This document shows, one piece after another, positions 18,330 through 27,618 of a stretch of 42,905 nucleotides of DNA (its first letter is position 1; every line of letters starts with the position of its first letter). The notes beneath the pieces were generated by a model that ran no database searches, was not told the DNA's origin, and saw nothing but the letters and a program-made list of their open reading frames with translations. Source of the stretch: Pirellulales bacterium (GTDB taxonomy: Bacteria > Planctomycetota > Planctomycetia > Pirellulales > UBA7805); the NCBI GenBank assembly GCA_029245145.1, contig JAQWPY010000087.1:1-42905 (forward strand). Direction: 5' to 3'. Both the position numbers and the translations under genes were made by a program.

Positions 18330-19625
18330 GTGTCCGGCATCTTAATTACCAACGGTCGGGTCGTCGATCCATCGCAAAGCATGGATCGCGTTACCAATAT
18401 CCTGATCGAGGAAGGTAAGGTCGCCGCGTATGACGTCGCGATCGATGCGGGTTCAACCAACGGTTCGACGATCACCCTCGACGCGTCGGGAAAGATTGTC
18501 GCCCCCGGTTTGATCGACATGCACGCGCACTTGGGTGAACCGGGTGGCGAGGAAGACGAAACGATCGAGTCGGGCACTAAGGCGGCACTCTCCGGGGGAT
18601 TTACCTCGATTGCTTGTGCCCCGAACACGAATCCCCCGATCGATACGCAAGGGACCGTGCAGTTTGTCAAACAACAAGCCGCAGACGCCGATAACTGTAA
18701 CGTCTACCCGATTGCCTGCGTGAGCAAGAATCGATCGGGGGAGGAACTCGCAGAGATGGGCACGTTGGTCGATGCGGGTGCCGTCGCTTTCAGCGATGCA
18801 TGTTCTCCTGTTTCGAATCCCGAACTGATGCGGCGTGCCCTCGAATATCTCCTCATGTTCGACAAGCCGCTTTTGAGCCACCCCGAAGTGCGAGAATTGA
18901 GCGGCGATGGCGTGATGCATGAGGGTCTCGTCTCGACCGTGCTCGCGTTACCGGGAATGCCGGCAGATGCGGAGGCGGTCATGACCAGTCGCGATATATC
19001 GCTGGCGGAATCGACCGGCGGTCGGATTCATATGATGCATATTTCGGCTGCGGGCAGTATTGATCTCATTCGTCGGGCAAAATCGCGGGGTGTTCGCATC
19101 ACCGCCGAGGTCAGTCCCCAACATTTCAGTCTCACCGACGAATCGCTCCGCTCATTCGATTCGAACTGCAAAATCAACCCACCACTCAGAGGTCAGCAGC
19201 ACGTTGATGCCTGTATCGCAGCGCTCAAAGACGGCACTCTTGATGTGATCGCCTCAGACCATCAACCGCAGGCCGTCGAAAAGAAAATGCAGGAACTCGA
19301 TCAGGCTCCTTTCGGCGTCATTGCACTGGAGACCACCCTGGCACTGGTGATCACAAAACTGATCCGCCCGGGACATCTTGATTGGCTCTCTGCACTGGAG
19401 AAACTGACCATTCGGCCGGCACGCGTCTTGGGAATTCCTAAGGGAACGTTGCAAATAGGTGCAGATGCCGATGTCACGATTATTGATCCGGATGAAACCT
19501 GGACCGTCGATCCGGAGCACTTTTTCTCAAAAAGTGAAAATACGCCCTACCGTGGTGAAACGCTCTATGGCCGCGCCAGTACGGTGATCGTATCCGGAGC
19601 GGTCAAATTTGAGCGGAACGCGTGA
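18330..19625 (+). CDS. pyrC: Dihydroorotase (long, allantoinase-like type)
   Basis: 431 aa with a GTG start that has GGAGGG 6 nt upstream. DMHAHL metal-binding motif and a late SDHQP motif. It follows pyrB directly. Confidence 0.9.
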   Translation: MSGILITNGRVVDPSQSMDRVTNILIEEGKVAAYDVAIDAGSTNGSTITLDASGKIVAPGLIDMHAHLGEPGGEEDETIESGTKAALSGGFTSIACAPNTNPPIDTQGTVQFVKQQAADADNCNVYPIACVSKNRSGEELAEMGTLVDAGAVAFSDACSPVSNPELMRRALEYLLMFDKPLLSHPEVRELSGDGVMHEGLVSTVLALPGMPADAEAVMTSRDISLAESTGGRIHMMHISAAGSIDLIRRAKSRGVRITAEVSPQHFSLTDESLRSFDSNCKINPPLRGQQHVDACIAALKDGTLDVIASDHQPQAVEKKMQELDQAPFGVIALETTLALVITKLIRPGHLDWLSALEKLTIRPARVLGIPKGTLQIGADADVTIIDPDETWTVDPEHFFSKSENTPYRGETLYGRASTVIVSGAVKFERNA

Positions 19626-19651
19626 TCGCCTCTCCGTGTCGAGAACAATTG

Positions 19652-20251
19652 ATGGCTTTGATTATCGATGGTTACAACCTGCTCAACGCGGTTGGCATTC
19701 ACGCGCCCCGACATGGGCCACACAATCTTGAGGGAGCACGCGGGGCCCTCTTGCAGTTTCTCGTAGCCACACTCTCCGAGGAAGATCGCGCGAGAACGAC
19801 AGTCGTTTTCGATGCGGGCCCTGAAGCACCCCGGGGGCTACCGAGAAGATTGGTCGATCGGGCAATGACCATTCATTTTGCTGCGCAATACGACGATGCG
19901 GACACACTGATCGAAGAGTTGATCCGCAGCGACTCGGCTCCGCGCAACCTGACGGTCGTCTCGAGCGACCATCGCATTCAGCGGGCCGCGAGACGACGCA
20001 AAGCGGAGGCCATCGACAGTGAAGTCTGGTACGCTCGAGTTTGCCAAAAACAAATCGAACACAACCACGGCGGCGTGGATAAACCCCTTCAGGCTAACTC
20101 CCCGGCAGAAGTCGATTATTGGATAAAGAAGTTTAAGTTAAAAGATTCGGAAGAAAAGATCGACGATTCCCCCATCACGAATCAGGGGGCCGGCCCTTTT
20201 CCTCCGGGTTATGCGGAAGATTTGCTCGAAGAAGAAGATCGCCCATCCTAG
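19652..20251 (+). CDS. NYN-domain (YacP-like) predicted RNA-binding/ribonuclease protein
   Basis: The track ORF starts at a GTG at 19622, overlapping the pyrC stop. The ATG at 19652 gives MALIIDGYNLLNA. VVFDAG and VVSSDHRIQ match the YacP-like NYN pattern. Confidence 0.65.
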   Translation: MALIIDGYNLLNAVGIHAPRHGPHNLEGARGALLQFLVATLSEEDRARTTVVFDAGPEAPRGLPRRLVDRAMTIHFAAQYDDADTLIEELIRSDSAPRNLTVVSSDHRIQRAARRRKAEAIDSEVWYARVCQKQIEHNHGGVDKPLQANSPAEVDYWIKKFKLKDSEEKIDDSPITNQGAGPFPPGYAEDLLEEEDRPS

Positions 20252-20282
20252 GCCTCGTTAGTCCCCCAAAGGAAATTGAAAG

Positions 20283-21227
20283 ATGAAAAATCGTCATCAG
20301 ACACTCTCGTGCATTTTGCTCATCGCGGCGTGGCAGGTGATCCTCGCAACCGGCACTTCCGAGGCGGGCGAGTCGGCGACCTTTCGATTTGAACCCTCCG
20401 ATCATGGAAAAACGCTCTTCACGCCCGACGGCCGTGTCGTATTCCAGTACATGATCCAAAAGCCAGAGAAAACGAATCTTTCCGCCAACAGCACCTGCTG
20501 CCTCTATCCCTTAAACTCACCCAAAGGAACACGTGTGGTTGACCTCGCGCCAGGTGATCATCGCCATCACCGTGGCGTATTTTTAGCCTGGCATGCCATG
20601 CAATTTACGGAGCGGGCCGATTTTTGGGGATGGGGGGAAATGGCTCCCACGGAGAACAGGAAAATCGACAATCTCTCCCTGCGGCTCGTTGAAGCAGGTG
20701 TGGATCGGGCAAAAGTTTCAGCGAAAAACGCTTGGAAAATTGGCGACCGAACGGTCCTGCATGAAGAGTGCCTTCTCACTGTACAAGAAAAAAACGCAAC
20801 ATTCGTTATCGACTTTCACTTTCGACTTACGCCGACAGAAAACATGGTGCTCGACCGTAGTGCATTCGGAGGTTTTTGCATTAAGAGTCGCCAAGATGGC
20901 ACGCGAATATTTTTCGATCCACAGGGAAAGGTAGACCTCTCTCCACCGCACCATCTGAAGCCGGAAACCGACTGGCCAAACGCCCCTTTCTATGACTATA
21001 CCTTCGTGCTTCCCTCCGGGGAAAAGGCGGGGATCATGGTGATGAGTGGACCGGAAAATCCGCCCACACGATGGCACAATCTTCTTTCGATCGCGATGAT
21101 CAATCCGTGCATCGTCGCGGCAGACAGCGTGCAAGTCGAAAAAGAAGAAACGCTCTCGCTCCGGTATCGACTGATCGTTCACGATGGCCCGCGACCGGAA
21201 GCCTTCTCACCCCTGAGTAGAAAGTGA
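20283..21227 (+). CDS. Secreted PmoA-like / DUF6807-family protein
   Basis: 314 aa with an N-terminal signal peptide (LSCILLIAAWQVILA). GDHRHHRGVFLAW followed by ADFWGWGE is as I recall for the Pfam family historically called methane oxygenase PmoA. Confidence 0.55.
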   Translation: MKNRHQTLSCILLIAAWQVILATGTSEAGESATFRFEPSDHGKTLFTPDGRVVFQYMIQKPEKTNLSANSTCCLYPLNSPKGTRVVDLAPGDHRHHRGVFLAWHAMQFTERADFWGWGEMAPTENRKIDNLSLRLVEAGVDRAKVSAKNAWKIGDRTVLHEECLLTVQEKNATFVIDFHFRLTPTENMVLDRSAFGGFCIKSRQDGTRIFFDPQGKVDLSPPHHLKPETDWPNAPFYDYTFVLPSGEKAGIMVMSGPENPPTRWHNLLSIAMINPCIVAADSVQVEKEETLSLRYRLIVHDGPRPEAFSPLSRK

Positions 21228-22505
21228 AAGCGAGCGACGGATGTAGGGCCCGATCGTCAGTCCCTGGACGACGATTGAAAAGACGACAACCACGTACGTC
21301 ATCACCAAGATCAGATTCCTTGCCGGAAATGTGGTTGCCTCGTCAGTGACCTGAATCGTCAGCGGTATCGAGAGGGCAAGCGCAACCGAGATACCTCCCC
21401 GCAAACCACCCCAGGTGAGGATTCGCACGACGCGGGGACTAAACACGCGAAATCGTCGCAAGGCGGTCACCGCCGCGCCCACCGTGACAAACCGCGAGAG
21501 GAGAACGACCGGAATCATCAGAAGACCCACAAATAAGAATTCTCTTCGCCAGGCGAGAATGATGACCTCGAGCCCTAACAAAACAAAGAGAATTGCATTG
21601 AGTATCTCGTCGATCATCTCCCACAGCGCGTCGACCTGTGCGCGGACCGTTTCGCCCATCGCATGCCTTCTCCCCGGATTCCCGAGCAGCAACCCTGCCA
21701 CCACCATCGCGATCGGTCCCGAACAGTGCAAGGCGAGTGCCAAAGGATATCCCCCTGCCACCACTGAAAGTGAAATCAATAATTCCACATGAACACTGTC
21801 CACGGTCCTGTGCAAGTAAAAGGCAACCGCACCGACGAGTAGACCAAGTAAAACTCCACCACCCACTTCGTGCAGGAGCAAAAAACTGACTTGTGCGAAG
21901 GACAAATTCCCCTCTCCCGTCGACGCATTTAAAAGGACGAAGAACACAACGACCCCCACTCCATCGTTAAACAGCGATTCTCCGGAGATCTTGGTCGCCA
22001 AACTCTTGGGAGCCCCAATTTTTTTCATGATACCCAACACGGAGATCGGGTCGGTGGGCGAGATGAGGGCACCAAACAAAAAACAGACCGGCCACGCCAT
22101 CGTGATTCCAAACGCGGCCAAAATATAGTGAGTCAGGATGCCGACCAGCAGCGTCGAACCGATGACGCCAAGCGTCGCGGTGATGGTCACGACCCATTTC
22201 TGTTCGGCCAAGTCACCGAGTTTGACGTGCAGAGCGCCGGCAAACAACAAAAACCCCAACATGCCGTGCATCAGAGTATCGTTAAAATCGATCTGCTCCA
22301 TGAACTCCTGGGCAATCCGCATCATGCTGGGATTCAGAGTGCCGACAAGCACCAGCACGAGCGACAAAATCATCGCGACGACCATCAGGCCGATCGTCTC
22401 TGGAAATTGCAACCATCGCTCATTCGCATAGGCAAACATTGCAGCGAGTGTGATCACAATTCCGGCAGCCACAAGTGGATCAATGGGCGTCATCAATGCC
22501 TCCAA
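21207..22505 (-). CDS. Na+/H+ antiporter, CPA1 (NhaP-type)
   Basis: 432 aa with about 11-12 TM helices. Motifs LFGALISPTDP and SLFNDG are typical of CPA1 exchangers. The 3' end overlaps the convergent gene by 21 nt. Confidence 0.85.
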   Translation of the reverse strand: MEALMTPIDPLVAAGIVITLAAMFAYANERWLQFPETIGLMVVAMILSLVLVLVGTLNPSMMRIAQEFMEQIDFNDTLMHGMLGFLLFAGALHVKLGDLAEQKWVVTITATLGVIGSTLLVGILTHYILAAFGITMAWPVCFLFGALISPTDPISVLGIMKKIGAPKSLATKISGESLFNDGVGVVVFFVLLNASTGEGNLSFAQVSFLLLHEVGGGVLLGLLVGAVAFYLHRTVDSVHVELLISLSVVAGGYPLALALHCSGPIAMVVAGLLLGNPGRRHAMGETVRAQVDALWEMIDEILNAILFVLLGLEVIILAWRREFLFVGLLMIPVVLLSRFVTVGAAVTALRRFRVFSPRVVRILTWGGLRGGISVALALSIPLTIQVTDEATTFPARNLILVMTYVVVVFSIVVQGLTIGPYIRRSLSLSTQG

Positions 22506-22692
22506 AATTGAACAGGGCGATTTTACGGTATTCTAAAGAAAACGTATGACTCGACTGACGGATTAAGAAAAACGCTTATCGCACCGATGGTCAAGGGCAC
22601 CTCAGTCGCCCGGGGCTGATGAGAGGCAAAAACCGAGGCCGGCGACCGGAAGAAAAGCCGTCTGGCAAACCTTTGGGCCTTGTGCCATGATT

Positions 22693-22716
22693 GGATTTTT
22701 CAAATACGAAAAATCC
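22693..22716. promoter_or_regulatory. Perfect 9-bp inverted repeat (possible operator or leader hairpin) upstream of the epimerase gene
   Basis: GGATTTTTC-AAATAC-GAAAAATCC read directly. It lies 55 nt upstream of the ATG at 22771. Confidence 0.3.
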
Positions 22717-22770
22717 GGATACCGTGAACGGGCGGTCTGCCGGTAACGAGGACTCACGAGGGAAAAACCT

Positions 22771-23676
22771 ATGCGGATCGCCGTCACGGGAGCGACCGGA
22801 TTTTTAGGCCGCTACATCGTGCAACAACTGCTTGCCGAAGGCCACACTTGTCGCTGCTGGTGGAGAAAACAAAGTGCATCGGGCGCACGATCCGAGCACC
22901 CCGCGATTGAGTGGATCGAAGGCGACTTGCGCAATCGGGCATCGCATGCCGAATTGGTTTCCGGGTGCGATGCTCTGGTCCACGCGGCACTTTACCGAGT
23001 GCTTGGCTTGGGCACCTTTCGAGGCAGCGAGGGAGACCTCTCAACTTTTGCCGAAATCAACTTACTCGGGAGCCTGCGCCTCTTTGAAACGGCCTTGGAG
23101 GCCGAAAACTGTCGCATTGTTTTTGTCTCCACGTGTGCGGTCCATGAACAGATATTGGAAGATCGCCCACTCGATGAAAACCACCCCACAACTCCCCTAA
23201 CCCACTACGGGGCCCACAAGGCGGCGCTCGAGCAGTTTGTCCAAAGTTTTGGCGGAAGCGGTCATGCAATCTGCGGATTACGGCCTACCGGAATCTATGG
23301 CCTGAACACTCCGCCTGAGAACAGCAAGTGGTTTCCACTGGTTGAAAAAATTACCCGTGGAGAACCGGTCACATGTGAAAAAGGCGGAAAAGAAGTGCAC
23401 GCGGCCGATGTGGCCAAAGCCATTTCTATCCTTCTCACGGCACCCAAAATCAGCGGGCAGATCTACAACTGCTGCGATCGCTACATCTCCGAGTTCGATG
23501 TTGCACAGATGGCGGCCGAGATCGCAGGAAGCACAAGTTCGGTCTCGGGAAAATCGAAGCAACCTCGCCACACGATTGAAACGCAAAAAATCCAAAAGAT
23601 CGGAATGCGATTCGGAGGCGAGACGCTGCTCAGGGAAACGATCAGGCAAATGGTCGACGTGATTGTAAAACAATGA
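22771..23676 (+). CDS. NAD-dependent epimerase/dehydratase family protein
   Basis: 301 aa with an N-terminal VTGATGFLGRY Rossmann motif and YGAHK (the YxxxK catalytic motif). Confidence 0.85.
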   Translation: MRIAVTGATGFLGRYIVQQLLAEGHTCRCWWRKQSASGARSEHPAIEWIEGDLRNRASHAELVSGCDALVHAALYRVLGLGTFRGSEGDLSTFAEINLLGSLRLFETALEAENCRIVFVSTCAVHEQILEDRPLDENHPTTPLTHYGAHKAALEQFVQSFGGSGHAICGLRPTGIYGLNTPPENSKWFPLVEKITRGEPVTCEKGGKEVHAADVAKAISILLTAPKISGQIYNCCDRYISEFDVAQMAAEIAGSTSSVSGKSKQPRHTIETQKIQKIGMRFGGETLLRETIRQMVDVIVKQ

Positions 23677-24377
23677 GTGAGCGGCAACAGATGAATATTG
23701 CGATTGGTGCGAACAAAGCGGTCATCTTCGATATCGACGGGGTACTTATCGATTCATACCGGGGACATTTGCAGAGCTGGCAGCAGGTGGCCCATCGTCA
23801 CGGTCACGAAATGACCGAAGAGGACTTTGCCCGCACCTTCGGTCGAACCAGTCGGGAAATCATCCGCTCTCTGTGGAGCGGTGCCGCGATGAGCGATGCG
23901 GATGTCGAATCGTTCGACTGTGAAAAAGAAGCCGCGTTCCGGGAAATCGTTATCGCCGATTACCCGTGGATGGACGGCGCGTTGGATTTAATATCTTCGT
24001 TGTCCGATTCCGGATATCGTTTGGCGGTCGGTTCATCAGGTCCGCGGGAAAACGTAGAACTGTTGCTGTCCCAACTCAATGAACCCAAATGGATTACCGC
24101 CGCAGTCAGCGGATCGGATGTACTGCAGGGCAAGCCTCACCCTGAGGTGTTTCAAAAGGCCGCCGAGAAACTCGATATCGCGCCCTCGGCTTGTGCGGTG
24201 ATCGAAGATGCAGCCGCCGGGATTGCAGCGTCCAATGCGGCGGGAATGCTCAGCGTGGGCCTGGTGAGTACCGGCCATCGTCGAGAGGAATTTGCCAAAG
24301 CCGCGCAGGTAGTCACTCATCTCTCTGAGCTTTCCCCCGAGATCATCGCGGCTTGGATTAACGAGCATAGCGGCTAA
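23673..24377 (+). CDS. HAD-superfamily hydrolase, beta-phosphoglucomutase-like subfamily
   Basis: 234 aa with the motifs FDIDGVLIDS (DxDG), GSSGPR, and a late EDAAAGI motif. It overlaps the epimerase stop by 4 nt, suggesting translational coupling. Confidence 0.85.
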   Translation: MSERQQMNIAIGANKAVIFDIDGVLIDSYRGHLQSWQQVAHRHGHEMTEEDFARTFGRTSREIIRSLWSGAAMSDADVESFDCEKEAAFREIVIADYPWMDGALDLISSLSDSGYRLAVGSSGPRENVELLLSQLNEPKWITAAVSGSDVLQGKPHPEVFQKAAEKLDIAPSACAVIEDAAAGIAASNAAGMLSVGLVSTGHRREEFAKAAQVVTHLSELSPEIIAAWINEHSG

Positions 24378-24392
24378 GAGTCAGCTCCCACC

Positions 24393-25715
24393 CTACTTGC
24401 CGTCAAACTGCTCGGCCAACAATCGCCCCAACTCCGGACCGCGGGCGTCGAGAGAAATCACTTTCCCTTCCCGATCCACAAGAATCACCGTGGGAATTCC
24501 CGAAATCCCGTAACGGCGCACCAACGGATTGTTGAAACCGGTCTGCCCAGGCTGATCGTTGAAAAGCGTTTTCCATGGTAGCTTTTCCTTCTGGAGGAAT
24601 GCTTCCACAGTTGACTTTTCGTCGTCGATATTCACGCCGATCACATCGAATCCCTGATCGTGATATTTTTCATAATTGGCAATCACATTCGGAAATTCTG
24701 CTCGACAGGGCCCACACCAAGTAGCCCAGAAATCGACCAACACGACCTTCCCGCGGTACGATGCCCAATCCAACGAACTGCCATCGAGAAAGGTGCCCGA
24801 AAGCTCCATCTGATGACCGGGTAATTCCAACCGCCGCGCTGTTCCCTCAAGCCTTGAGGCGAGCTGCTTTATTTGTGGCTGATCGCTGGCAGCAAATTTT
24901 TGAGCAAAAAACTTGCTCAGTTGCACCGCCGCGGATGTCTGTCCCAGTCGTTCGATCTGCGTGAGAACGTCCTCGATCGTTTGCACATCTTGGACCTCGA
25001 TGGTGCGGTCTGCATACTCTTGCTTCAAGAGGCCGACCACGCGGGCCACATCCTCGGGACCCGAACTAGGAGTCAGTTGCAACTGGGACTGCAAGAGCAA
25101 CTGTTTTCCGAGCGCCGCAATCTGGGGTCGCGAATCCTGGCTGACCTCCTCGAGAAAAGGGGTGAGCTTGGCAATCGCATCCGATCCATCAAGTTGACCG
25201 ACGGCCATCATTGACTGCACGGTCACCTGTACTGCCATTCCGGCCGTTTGAAAATCATCTTTGGCCACTTGGCTTGCTCTAAAGAGTTCCTTTGCTTCAG
25301 AGGCAAGCTTTTCAAAAGGGGCCGCCGAGGGCTTCTCCCCGCCAAGTCGCGCCAAGAAAGTCTGAGCCCTGTACTGTGCCGTAAGGGCAATTGCGGCGAA
25401 ATTCAACTCCTTGGCATCTTCGCCCTTGATCGCTTTGTCGTACAGAACTCGGGCAACCTCCAGCATTTCCTCCTGAATCTTGCGGTAGTTACCGAACATT
25501 TCCTCCCGCGTGTTCCCTTTGGGCGTCTTTCGATTCAAATCCATCAATCGCGCGTGCAGGTCCTGCAGCGATTCTTTCTGCAAATCAACATCCCCTTCCG
25601 TCGCAGAGGGCTGCCCAGCATTCGCTTGCTCATCAGCCCAAAGGGTAGACGAGAAGCCCCACAACAAGAGGAAGCTGGAGCAAAAAAGAAAATCGCGGTG
25701 GCGAAACATAGACAT
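24393..25715 (-). CDS. TlpA-like periplasmic thiol:disulfide oxidoreductase with a long N-terminal helical domain
   Basis: Track ORF runs to 25814. The ATG at 25715 gives MSMFRHRDFLFCSSFLLLWG, a signal peptide. The C-terminal thioredoxin fold carries WATWCGPC. Confidence 0.8.
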   Translation of the reverse strand: MSMFRHRDFLFCSSFLLLWGFSSTLWADEQANAGQPSATEGDVDLQKESLQDLHARLMDLNRKTPKGNTREEMFGNYRKIQEEMLEVARVLYDKAIKGEDAKELNFAAIALTAQYRAQTFLARLGGEKPSAAPFEKLASEAKELFRASQVAKDDFQTAGMAVQVTVQSMMAVGQLDGSDAIAKLTPFLEEVSQDSRPQIAALGKQLLLQSQLQLTPSSGPEDVARVVGLLKQEYADRTIEVQDVQTIEDVLTQIERLGQTSAAVQLSKFFAQKFAASDQPQIKQLASRLEGTARRLELPGHQMELSGTFLDGSSLDWASYRGKVVLVDFWATWCGPCRAEFPNVIANYEKYHDQGFDVIGVNIDDEKSTVEAFLQKEKLPWKTLFNDQPGQTGFNNPLVRRYGISGIPTVILVDREGKVISLDARGPELGRLLAEQFDGK

Positions 25716-25852
25716 GACGGAGCCTTTCTCAAGTATCGCTAGGGAGGTTGTCGTTTTTTTAAGATTTTTTTCAGATATTGCTGCCCCTCGTTGCGTGGGA
25801 CACCGGCGTCGCATTCTACTCCAGCGGCCACCTCAGCGACTAGAAGGCAAGC

Positions 25853-26650
25853 TTAAAATCGCCCCCTTTTCCGTTCTTTTGCCGGCAGACTCTCGAGACA
25901 TGTGGTCCACCAACCGGTCATGATCGTCTCCTGGAATTCTTCGGGCAGTCCCTCCGATGCCATCTCGCGGGCAAGGCGTTGAAAATCGTAGGCGACCGGC
26001 ACAAATTGAATTTCCAACGGTTTCTCATCATGCTCTGAGAGGATCGCGTACCACACGCATGTTTGTCCGTCATTCTCCGGACGCCCCAACACGCCCACAT
26101 TGACAAAGCGTTTGTCGCCATTGAGATGACGGCTCCACTTGATCCCCGTATGCGTCGCGCAGAGGCAGTCGACTTCAAGGTCGTCGAGCATGACATTCAA
26201 ATAGTGCGTGCTTGTCGTACTCTCCCAAAGAAACTCGTTCACCTTCGTCGGGCTACCGTGGCAAAGCAAAACCCGGTGCTTTCCCATCTCGAACTGAATT
26301 TTTTCCGGAAGGCCTCGAAGCAGGGTGCGTCCAGCACTCGAAGTATTCTCAAGCGTGTAATCGTAGCTTTTCTGAGCGTAATGGTTATCTCGTGGATCAG
26401 TGTAGCCGCACCGGCAATCGTCGAGAGCATGGCCGACCGAGTGATCATAGTTTCCTTGAATGCTCTGCACATCGTACTGCTGCAAAAGCGGAAAGACCCG
26501 ATCCGGGTAGGGCCCAAACGCCCCCAGATCACCGAGACAATAAATTGCATCGACGCCCGCTTCGCGAATTTGCCGAAGGGCCACCTGCAGCGCAAGATAG
26601 TTGCTGTAAATTCCGCCGAGTAATGCAACCCGTGTCGCAGCGATGCTCAT
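25853..26650 (-). CDS. Metallophosphoesterase-family protein
   Basis: 265 aa with the motifs GDLGAFGP, GNYDH and HTG. An unusual Cys insert DDCRCGY is present. The ATG overlaps the stop of the upstream radical SAM gene (ATGA). Confidence 0.8.
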   Translation of the reverse strand: MSIAATRVALLGGIYSNYLALQVALRQIREAGVDAIYCLGDLGAFGPYPDRVFPLLQQYDVQSIQGNYDHSVGHALDDCRCGYTDPRDNHYAQKSYDYTLENTSSAGRTLLRGLPEKIQFEMGKHRVLLCHGSPTKVNEFLWESTTSTHYLNVMLDDLEVDCLCATHTGIKWSRHLNGDKRFVNVGVLGRPENDGQTCVWYAILSEHDEKPLEIQFVPVAYDFQRLAREMASEGLPEEFQETIMTGWWTTCLESLPAKERKRGRF

Positions 26651-27576
26651 TCTGTCGACTTACTGAAAGAGGGAACGCGATAGCCGGCCGAGGGATTGGA
26701 ACAAATCGCGCCGTGTTGGTAGCAAGTCAGACACGCCCCATGTTTGAGCGCAAAACTCTTATCCGCATCGCCAAGCTTCGCACCGAGAAGTGAATCGGGC
26801 ATTTCGAGTAAAATCGGGCAGACATGCACGCCTCGGTCTGAAACGATGCGACTCTGCTCGCAAATGAATTGAGACGTATCGTACCCCTCGAGCATCGCCT
26901 CGGTCACGCGGTCCGATGCTGCATACGGGGATGACCGCGTCTCTTCAGCGCCGAGCCGGAGCATGGGCAAAATTTTAAGCCGCGGCCTCCGGCAACCGGC
27001 CCCTCGCAACCGGTCGAGAAAGGCGTCGACAACGCGATCCTCCTCCTCAAGACGCCAACTCCGAGCAGCGGTAACGATGGGAAGAAAACCAAATTCATTC
27101 AGAAGTGCGACTCCCTCCATCGCTCGGTCAAACGTACCCTCTCCCCGAATCGGATCGTTCTGCTCTGCACAAAAACCGTCGATCGAGATACGAAACTCGA
27201 GACTGTAGCAACTCGCCTCTTCAGCAGCTGCAAGTTGTTCGAGCCATCGCTCCTTTAGCACGGTTCCGTTGGTTAACACCGTGGCCGGACCATACTCGAG
27301 CGCATCGATAAGAATGGGCACCATCTCCGGGTTGAGAAACGGTTCTCCCCCGGTAAAGTAATATTCCTTGACCCCCACATCAACCGATTCGTCGAGATGC
27401 GTGCGCACTTGCGCACGCGACATGAATCCGAAGGAATCGTTTTTCGGATGACAGCTAATGAAACAATGGTAGCAGTGCAAATTGCAAAGCGTGCCTGACA
27501 CCTGAAACCAGAGGTGCTTAAGCTGCGTGAGCGTAATCTCAGGCGACGATCGATCAGGGGAACAACTCAATTGCAA
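26647..27576 (-). CDS. Radical SAM enzyme with a C-terminal Cys-rich (auxiliary-cluster-like) region
   Basis: 309 aa. CNLHCYHC is a CxxxCxxC site and FTGGEPFLNP a SAM-binding motif. The C-terminus reads CPILL...HGACLTCYQHGAIC (C-x2-C-x6-C). Confidence 0.85.
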   Translation of the reverse strand: MQLSCSPDRSSPEITLTQLKHLWFQVSGTLCNLHCYHCFISCHPKNDSFGFMSRAQVRTHLDESVDVGVKEYYFTGGEPFLNPEMVPILIDALEYGPATVLTNGTVLKERWLEQLAAAEEASCYSLEFRISIDGFCAEQNDPIRGEGTFDRAMEGVALLNEFGFLPIVTAARSWRLEEEDRVVDAFLDRLRGAGCRRPRLKILPMLRLGAEETRSSPYAASDRVTEAMLEGYDTSQFICEQSRIVSDRGVHVCPILLEMPDSLLGAKLGDADKSFALKHGACLTCYQHGAICSNPSAGYRVPSFSKSTE

Positions 27577-27618
27577 TCCCTTTCGCTGCTCATCTGTTCC
27601 GCTGGCCTTGCGCGTAGA

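Noticed and set aside
21207-21227. Overlapping 3' ends of convergent gene pairs (also 1627-1642 and 33192-33200)
   Set aside because: Short convergent overlaps are common in compact genomes and need no special explanation. Only the kinase case is reported separately, because a duplication appears to have created it.
26647-27618. Radical SAM enzyme as a RiPP maturase with an adjacent precursor peptide
   Set aside because: The flanking gaps (43 nt upstream, a 4-nt overlap downstream) and the other intergenic spacers in the cluster (32, 76 and 108 nt) contain no small ORF. A peptide substrate encoded elsewhere cannot be excluded.
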